From a virus (Duplodnaviria > Heunggongvirae > Uroviricota > Caudoviricetes): DNA of 64,000 bases. This document shows positions 57,382 to 64,000 of the stretch, piece after piece. The DNA lies in IMG/VR virus record IMGVR_UViG_2721755721_000001. One strand, written 5' to 3'. How positions within the stretch are numbered: the first letter of the stretch is position 1; each line of letters begins with the position of its first letter. The notes under the pieces were generated by a model. The model saw only the letters and a program-made list of their open reading frames with translations, ran no database searches and had not been told where the DNA came from. The position numbers and the translations under genes are program-made.

Positions 57382-60300
57382 ATGGGCAAAGGTGGCGGCA
57401 AGGCGCACACACCGCGCGAGGCGAAGGACAATCTCAAATCCACGCAGATGATGAGTGTGATTGATGCGATTGGTGAGGGACCGATAGAAGGCCCGGTGAA
57501 AGGCCTGCAGAGTATTCTGGTGAACAAAACCCCGCTGACGGACACGGACGGTAATCCCGTGATACACGGTGTGACGGCGGTCTGGCGCGCCGGGGAGCAG
57601 GAGCAGACACCACCGGAAGGCTTTGAGTCCTCCGGAGCTGAAACCGGACTGGGCGTGGAAGTGACGAAGGCAAAACCGGTGACGCGCACCATTACGTCTG
57701 CGAACATTGACCGCCTGCGGGTTACCTTCGGGGTGCAGTCACTGGTGCAGACCACGTCAAAGGGCGACCGTAATCCTTCCTCTGTCCGGATTCTGATTCA
57801 GTTACAGCGTAATGGCCGCTGGGTGACGGAAAAGGACGTCACCATTAACGGCAAGACCACCTCACAGTTCCTGGCCTCGGTGATTCTGGAGAATCTGCCT
57901 CCCCGGCCCTTTAACATCCGGATGGTCAGGGAGACGGCGGACAGCACCACGGACCAGCTGCAGAATAAGACGCTCTGGTCGTCATACACCGAAATCATCG
58001 ATGTGAAACAGTGCTACCCGAACACGGCCATTGTGGGGCTGCAGGTGGATGCGGAGCAGTTCGGCGGCCAGCAGATGACGGTGAACTACCATATCCGCGG
58101 TCGCATCATTCAGGTACCGTCAAACTATGACCCGGAAAAACGCACGTACAGCGGCATCTGGGACGGCAGCCTGAAACCGGCATACAGCAACAACCCGGCC
58201 TGGTGCCTGTGGGACATGCTGACTCACCCGCGCTACGGCATGGGAAAACGCCTGGGGGCCGCGGATGTGGACAAGTGGGCGCTGTATGCCATCGGGCAGT
58301 ACTGTGACCAGCGTGTCCCGGACGGCTTCGGAGGGACAGAGCCGCGGATGACCTTTAATGCGTACCTGTCACAACAGCGTAAGGCGTGGGACGTTCTCAG
58401 TGATTTCTGCTCGGCGATGCGCTGTATGCCGGTATGGAACGGCCAGACGCTGACGTTCGTTCAGGACCGCCCGTCGGATGTGGTGTGGCCGTACACCAAC
58501 AGCGATGTGGTGGTGGATGATAACGGCGTGGGGTTCCGCTACAGCTTCAGCGCCCTGAAGGACCGCCACACGGCGGTGGAGGTGAATTACACCGACCCGC
58601 AGAACGGCTGGCAGACCTCCACGGAACTGGTGGAAGACCCGGAAGCCATACTGCGCTACGGGCGCAACCTGCTGAAGATGGATGCGTTCGGTTGCACCAG
58701 TCGCGGTCAGGCCCACCGTGCCGGGCTGTGGGTGATAAAGACCGGACTGCTGGAAACGCAGACGGTGGATTTCACGCTCGGGTCACAGGGGCTGCGTCAC
58801 ACACCCGGTGACATTATTGAAATCTGTGATAACGACTATGCCGGGACCATGACCGGCGGACGTATCCTGTCCATCGATGCCGCCAGCCGCACCCTGACAC
58901 TGGACCGTGAGGTGACCCTGCCGGAGACCGGTGCCGCCACGGTGAACCTGATTAACGGCAGCGGTAAGCCGGTGAGTGTGGACATCACCGCACACCCCGC
59001 GCCGGACCGGATACAGGTCAGCACCCTGCCTGATGGTGTGGAGACATACGGTGTATGGGGACTATCCCTGCCGTCACTGCGCCGTCGCCTGTTCCGCTGT
59101 GTCTCCGTCCGGGAAAACACGGACGGCACCTTTGCCATCACGGCGGTGCAGCACGTACCGGAAAAAGAAGCCATCGTGGATAACGGTGCCCGCTTTGAGC
59201 CGCAGTCAGGCACCCTGAACAGCGTCATCCCTCCGGCAGGTGCAGCACCTGACGGTGGAGGTGAGCGCAGCTGACGGCCAGTATCTGGCGCAGGTGAAAT
59301 GGGACACGCCGCGGGTGGTGAAGGGCGTGCGCTTCAGTCTGCGCCTGACCAGTGGAAGCGGTCAGGACAGCCGTCTGGTGACCACCGCCATCACCGCGGA
59401 TACAGAGCACCGTTTCAGCGGTCTGCCGCCGGGGGAATACACCCTGACGGTCAGGGCGATTAACAGTTATGGCCAGCAGGGGGAACCGGCCACCACCACG
59501 TTCAGGATTAATGCACCTGCGGTACCCGCCACGATTGAGCTGACACCGGGCTATTTTCAGATAACAGCGGTCCCGCGTCTTGCGGTGTATGACCCGACGG
59601 TACAGTTTGAGTTCTGGTTTTCGGAGACAAAAATCGCAGATACATCTCAGGTGGAAACCTCTGCCCGTTATCTGGGGACCGGCAGTCAGTGGAGTGTATC
59701 CGGCCCGCACATTAAGCCCGGGAAGGATTTCTGGTTTTACGTGCGCAGCGTCAACCTGGTGGGGAAATCTGCTTTTGTGGAAGCCAGTGGCCGGGCCAGC
59801 AATGATGCAGAAGGGTATCTGGGGCTGTTTCGGGAAAAAATAGGAAAACTGCATCTGGCTCAGGGGCTGTGGGAGCTGATAGACAACAGCCAGCTTGCGG
59901 ATGAGATGGCGGAGATGAAGACCACCATCACAGAAACCCGCAATGAAATCACGCAGACGGTCAGTAAAACCCTGGAAGACCAGAGTGCCACCATACAGCA
60001 GATACAGCGGGTGCAGACAGACACAAATAACGACCTGGCTGCGCTGTATATGCTGAAGGTGCAGAAAACGAAAAACGGCATTCCGTATGTTGCCGGTATA
60101 GGTGCGGGGATTGAGGATGCTGATGGCCAGCCCCTGAGCAATATTCTGCTGCAGGCAGACCGTATCGCGATGATTAACCCGGAGGACGGCAACAGCACGC
60201 CGTTATTTGTGGCGCAGGGGAATCAGTTGTTCATGAACGATGTGTTCCTGAAGCGGCTGTTTGCGGTGAGTATCACCTCGTCCGGCAATCCCCCGACGTT

Positions 60301-60856
60301 TTCCCTGACGCCGGAGGGCAGGCTGACCGCAAGAAATGCTGATATCAGCGGTAACGTGAATGCGAATTCCGGGACGCTCAACAACGTCACGATTAACGAG
60401 AACTGTCGGGTTCTGGGAAAACTGTCCGCGAACCAGATTGAAGGCGATCTCGTTAAAACAGTGGGCAAAGCTTTCCCCCGGGATTCCCGTGCACCGGAGC
60501 GGTGGCCATCAGGGACCATTACCGTCAGGGTTTATGACGATCAGCCGTTTGACCGGCAAATTGTTATTCCGGCGGTGGCATTCAGCGGCGCTAAACATGA
60601 GAGAGAGCATACTGATATTTACTCCTCATGCCGTCTGATAGTGCGGAAAAACGGTGCTGAAATTTATAACCGTACCGCGCTGGATAATACGCTGATTTAC
60701 AGTGGCGTTATTGATATGCCTGCCGGTCACGGTCACATGACGCTGGAGTTTTCGGTGTCAGCATGGCTGGTAAATGACTGGTATCCCACAGCAAGTATCA
60801 GCGATTTGCTGGTTGTGGTGATGAAGAAAGCCACCGCAGGCATCAGTATCAGCTGA
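57382..60856 (+). pseudogene. J: host specificity protein J, split by a frameshift near 59238
   Basis: two ORFs (57382-59274 and 59240-60856) in different frames together span a lambda J homolog; frames switch at CCGGCAGGTGCAG. Confidence 0.75.
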
Positions 60857-60874
60857 ATTTTATAACCCATATAC

Positions 60875-60900
60875 GGGCGCCAGAAATGGCGCCTTTTTTA
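60875..60900 (+). terminator. intrinsic terminator after J
   Basis: GGGCGCC-AGAAAT-GGCGCC then TTTTTTA. Confidence 0.6.
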
Positions 60901-60923
60901 TTGCAGAAAAGCGAGAGGTAATT

Positions 60924-61523
60924 ATGCGTAAACTTTATGCCGCCATTTTGTCCGCAGCCATTTGTCTGGCCGTATCCGGTGCGCCTGCATGGGCGTCTGA
61001 ACATCAGTCCACGCTGAGCGCGGGGTATCTTCATGTCTCGACGAACGTTCCTGGCAGCGATAATCTTAACGGGATTAACGTGAAATACCGTTATGAATTC
61101 ACGGACACGCTGGGGCTGGTGACGTCATTCAGCTATGCAGGAGACAGGAATCGCCAGCTGACCCGTTACAGCGATACCCGCTGGCATGAAGATTCCGTTC
61201 GTAACCGCTGGTTCAGCGTGATGGCGGGGCCCTCTGTGCGCGTGAATGAATGGTTCAGTGCGTATGCGATGGCGGGCGTGGCTTACAGCCGTGTGTCGAC
61301 TTTTTCCGGGGATTATCTCCGCGTAACTGACAACAAGGGGAAAACGCATGATGTGCTGACCGGAAGTGATGACGGTCGCCACAGCAACACGTCTCTGGCG
61401 TGGGGAGCTGGCGTGCAGTTTAACCCGATCGAATCCGTGGCCATTGATATTGCTTATGAAGGCTCCGGCAGTGGCGACTGGCGCACTGACGGGTTCATCG
61501 TGGGTGTCGGTTATAAGTTCTGA
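60924..61523 (+). CDS. lom: Lom outer membrane protein (Ail/Lom family)
   Basis: 199 aa; signal peptide; beta-barrel pattern ending GFIVGVGYKF. Confidence 0.85.
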   Translation: MRKLYAAILSAAICLAVSGAPAWASEHQSTLSAGYLHVSTNVPGSDNLNGINVKYRYEFTDTLGLVTSFSYAGDRNRQLTRYSDTRWHEDSVRNRWFSVMAGPSVRVNEWFSAYAMAGVAYSRVSTFSGDYLRVTDNKGKTHDVLTGSDDGRHSNTSLAWGAGVQFNPIESVAIDIAYEGSGSGDWRTDGFIVGVGYKF

Positions 61524-61548
61524 TTAGCCAGGTAACACAGTGTTATGA

Positions 61549-61576
61549 CAGCCCGCCGGTTCAGGCGGGCTTTTTT
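61549..61576 (+). terminator. intrinsic terminator after lom
   Basis: AGCCCGCC-GGTTCA-GGCGGGCT then TTTTTT. Confidence 0.6.
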
Positions 61577-61581
61577 GTGGG

Positions 61582-62901
61582 GTGAATATGGCAGTAAAGA
61601 TTTCAGGTGTACTGAAAGACGGCACAGGAAAACCGGTAGAGAACTGCACCATTCAACTGAAAGCCAGACGGACCAGCAGCACGGTGGTGGTGAACACGGT
61701 GGCCTCTGAAAATCCGGATGAAGCCGGTCGTTACAGCATGGACGTTGAGTACGGTCAGTACAGCGTCATTCTGTTGGTGGAGGGCTTCCCGCCGTCACAT
61801 GCCGGGACCATCACCGTGTATGAAGATTCTCAACCCGGTACGCTGAATGATTTTCTCGGTGCCATGTCGGAGGATGACGTCCGGCCGGAGGCACTGCGCC
61901 GTTTTGAACTGATGGTGGAAGAGGTGGCGCGTCACGCCGGGGAGGCGAAGAAGAATGCCGGAGAAGCAGAGACGTCCGCGAGGAATGCCGGCATATCAGC
62001 CAGTAAGGCAGAAGAGAGCGCTGCACATGCTGACACTTCAGCAGGGGATGCATCGGAGTCAGCCCGGCAGGCGGCAGAAAGTGCAGCCGCTGCAAAGAAG
62101 TCAGAGGAAGCGTCCTCGTCCTCGGCCTCTGAGGCCGCTCAAAAAGCCAGTGAGTCATTACAAAGTGCAGCAGATGCTGAGTTGTCAAAAAAGACGGCAG
62201 AAAGTGCAGCCGGTAATGCAGCCAGGGATGCAACGACCGCAACAGAAAAAGCCCGGGAGTCAGCAGAAAGCGCACAGTCAGCGGAACAAAGCAGGATAGC
62301 GGCGGAAGAGGCCGTAAACCGAATCCCCACCGTGGTGGGACCTCCCGGGCCAAAGGGGGAACCGGGGCCCGTGGGTCCTCAGGGGCCGAAGGGTGATAAG
62401 GGAGAGCGCGGTGACACCGGCCCTGTCGGGGCAACCGGCGAACGGGGACCGGCAGGTGATGCTGGTCCGGCAGGCCCGCAGGGGCCGAAAGGCGACAGGG
62501 GAGAGCGGGGAGAGACCGGGCTGACAGGAAGTACAGGTCCACAGGGGCCAAAGGGAGATACCGGGGCAACAGGCCCGGCAGGCCCACAGGGACCGAAAGG
62601 AGAAACAGGTGCGGCTGGCCCGGTGGGGGCAACCGGACCTCAGGGACCAAAGGGCGACCCGGGGGAGACACAAATCCGTTTTCGTCTGGGGCCGGGAAAC
62701 ATTATTGAGACAAACAGCAATGGCTGGTTCCCGGATACAGATGGTGCGCTCATCACCGGACTGACCTTTCTTGACCCCAAAGATGCCACACAGGTTCAGG
62801 GGCTGTTTCAGCATTTGCAGGTCAGATTTGGTGACGGGCCGTGGCAGGATGTTAAGGGGCTGGATGAAGTGGGCAGTGATACAGGCAGAACAGGAGAATG
62901 A
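61582..62901 (+). CDS. stf: side tail fibre protein (Stf-like) with collagen-like Gly-X-Y repeats
   Basis: N-terminus [26 protein letters not shown] like lambda Stf; long GPxGxKG collagen-like repeat run; only 439 aa. Confidence 0.8.
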   Translation: MNMAVKISGVLKDGTGKPVENCTIQLKARRTSSTVVVNTVASENPDEAGRYSMDVEYGQYSVILLVEGFPPSHAGTITVYEDSQPGTLNDFLGAMSEDDVRPEALRRFELMVEEVARHAGEAKKNAGEAETSARNAGISASKAEESAAHADTSAGDASESARQAAESAAAAKKSEEASSSSASEAAQKASESLQSAADAELSKKTAESAAGNAARDATTATEKARESAESAQSAEQSRIAAEEAVNRIPTVVGPPGPKGEPGPVGPQGPKGDKGERGDTGPVGATGERGPAGDAGPAGPQGPKGDRGERGETGLTGSTGPQGPKGDTGATGPAGPQGPKGETGAAGPVGATGPQGPKGDPGETQIRFRLGPGNIIETNSNGWFPDTDGALITGLTFLDPKDATQVQGLFQHLQVRFGDGPWQDVKGLDEVGSDTGRTGE

Positions 62902-62903
62902 CA

Positions 62904-63172
62904 TGAATATACTAAAAAAACTTATGCAGCGTCTGTGTGGTTGCGGAAAGCATGATGACCGTGAACACGGGGAGTTACTTACAGCACAGCTGCGGCTGGG
63001 ACCGGCAGACATTCTGGAGTCAGATGAGAATGGCATTATCCCGGAGCAGGCCAGGGTAATCACGCAGGTGGTGATACTGGATGCGGATAAAAAGCAGATA
63101 CAGTGCGTGGTAAGACCGCTGCAAATCCTGCGTGCTGACGGGACGTGGGAAAATATTGGCGGAATGAAATAG
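62904..63172 (+). CDS. hypothetical protein downstream of tail fibre
   Basis: 89-aa ORF from ATG 62904 (MNILKKLMQRLCGCGK...). Confidence 0.4.
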
Positions 63173-63189
63173 CCGACAGCTTCACAAAA

Positions 63190-63215
63190 ACCGGAGTCCG
63201 GCTCCGGTTTTTTGT
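63190..63215 (+). terminator. intrinsic terminator after tail-fibre region
   Basis: CCGGAGTCCGGCTCCGG then TTTTTTGTTG. Confidence 0.6.
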
Positions 63216-63314
63216 TGTCATGTCAGGTGGATGTTTGTTAGGAATGTTCAGACAGGTTTATTTTGAATTTACACAGAATCCTAAACAGGTTCTAGAATTA
63301 AGAAAGAGGTTGTA

Positions 63315-63377
63315 TGTTTAGCATAAGAACCCTACTACCTATTAGCGCCAGTGTATCAGTTCCGACAAAACAATCTC
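63315..63377 (+). pseudogene. 5' end of an ORF (MFSIRTLLPISASVSVPTKQS) interrupted by IS1
   Basis: ATG with RBS AAGAAAGAGG at 63315; reading frame runs into the IS1 left end after 21 codons. Confidence 0.3.
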
Positions 63378-64000
63378 GTAATGCTGCCAACTTACTGATT
63401 TAGTGTATGATGGTGATTTTAAGGTGCTTGCGTGGCTTCCATTTCCATCAGATGTCCTTCCTGCTCCGCTACTGAAGGCGTGGTGCGTAACGGCAAAAGC
63501 ACTGCCGGACATCAGCGCTATCTCTGCTCTCATTGCCGTAAAACATGGCAACTACAGTTCACTTACACCGCCTCTCAGCCCGGTACGCACCAGAAAATCA
63601 TTGATATGGCCATGAATGGCGTCGGATGTCGCGCCAGTGCACGCATTATGGGCGTTGGCCTCAACACGGTTTTACGTCACTTAAAAAACTCAGGCCGCAG
63701 TCGGTAACCTCGCGCATACAACCGGGCAGTGATGTGATTGTCTGCGCTGAAATGGGCGAACAGTGGGGCTACGTCGGTGCTAAATCACGTCATCGCTGGC
63801 TGTTTTACGCGTATGACAGGATACGGAGGACGGTTGTGGCGCACGTCTTCGGTGAACGCACTCTGGCCACACTGGAGCGTCTTCTGAGCCTGCTGTCGGC
63901 CTTTGAGGTCGTGGTATGGATGACGGATGGCTGGCCGCTGTATGAATCACGCCTGAAGGGAAAGCTGCACGTTATCAGCAAGCGTTACACTCAGCGCATT
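63378..64000 (+). mobile_element. IS1-family insertion sequence, left part (continues past window end)
   Basis: left end GTAATGCTGCCAACTTACTGATTTAGTGTATGATGGTG matches the IS1 terminal repeat as recalled; insA followed by insB-like frame. Confidence 0.9.
63432..63707 (+). CDS. insA: IS1 InsA
   Basis: 91 aa [45 protein letters not shown]..., about 95 percent identical to InsA as recalled. Confidence 0.9.
   Translation: MASISIRCPSCSATEGVVRNGKSTAGHQRYLCSHCRKTWQLQFTYTASQPGTHQKIIDMAMNGVGCRASARIMGVGLNTVLRHLKNSGRSR

Larger units (their letters stand above)
10335..63377. mobile_element. lambdoid prophage (lambda-like early region, Stx-phage-like lysis region, HK97-like head, lambda-like tail); probably defective/recombinant
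   Basis: gene order xis, ea genes, exo-bet-gam-kil-cIII, N, cI/cro/cII, O, P, nin, Q, lysis, terminase, head, tail, lom, stf; right end interrupted by IS1. Confidence 0.85.

Noticed and set aside
61811-62671. 286-aa minus-strand ORF (Pro/Leu/Arg-rich)
   Set aside because: Antisense to the collagen-like Gly-X-Y repeat region of the tail-fibre gene; repetitive GC-rich coding sequence produces long spurious antisense ORFs

Overview
64-kb window from an Escherichia/Shigella-type chromosome that is almost entirely mobile DNA; all calls are by reading the sequence and recalling protein families, with no searches run. (1) 1 to ~10.5 kb: a P4/PICI-like phage satellite module on the minus strand (P4-type integrase, AlpA, alpha-type primase-helicase with an adjacent iteron cluster, two late ORFs, Ogr/Delta zinc finger) carrying two AT-rich cargo genes of unknown function. 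(2) ~10.5 to 63.4 kb: a lambdoid prophage with a near-lambda early region (exo, bet, gam, kil, cIII, ea10, N, a non-lambda immunity cI/cro/cII, O, P, ren, nin genes, Q), an Stx-phage-like late region (pR', nanS-p esterase, phage-21-type holin, SAR endolysin, Rz/Rz1) with no stx genes, HK97-like packaging/head genes and lambda-like tail genes. (3) An IS66-family element (33724-36422) sits between two diverged copies of the lysis cassette, a ~1.8-kb tandem duplication spans the terminase/protease junction, and a partial IS1 lies at the right edge. Frameshifts in gam and J and the truncated duplicates suggest a decaying or recombinant prophage, though sequencing or assembly error is not excluded. 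The best candidates for undescribed biology are AT-rich ORFs of unknown family sitting in classical defence/moron slots: the rexAB slot (18009-19034), the satellite int-alpA hotspot (7876-8757), the satellite distal end (1-849), the stx slot (27666-28424 plus a small unlisted ORF), the sieB/ral slot (16437-17060), and a TonB C-terminal-domain lipoprotein in the bor slot (38824-39165).
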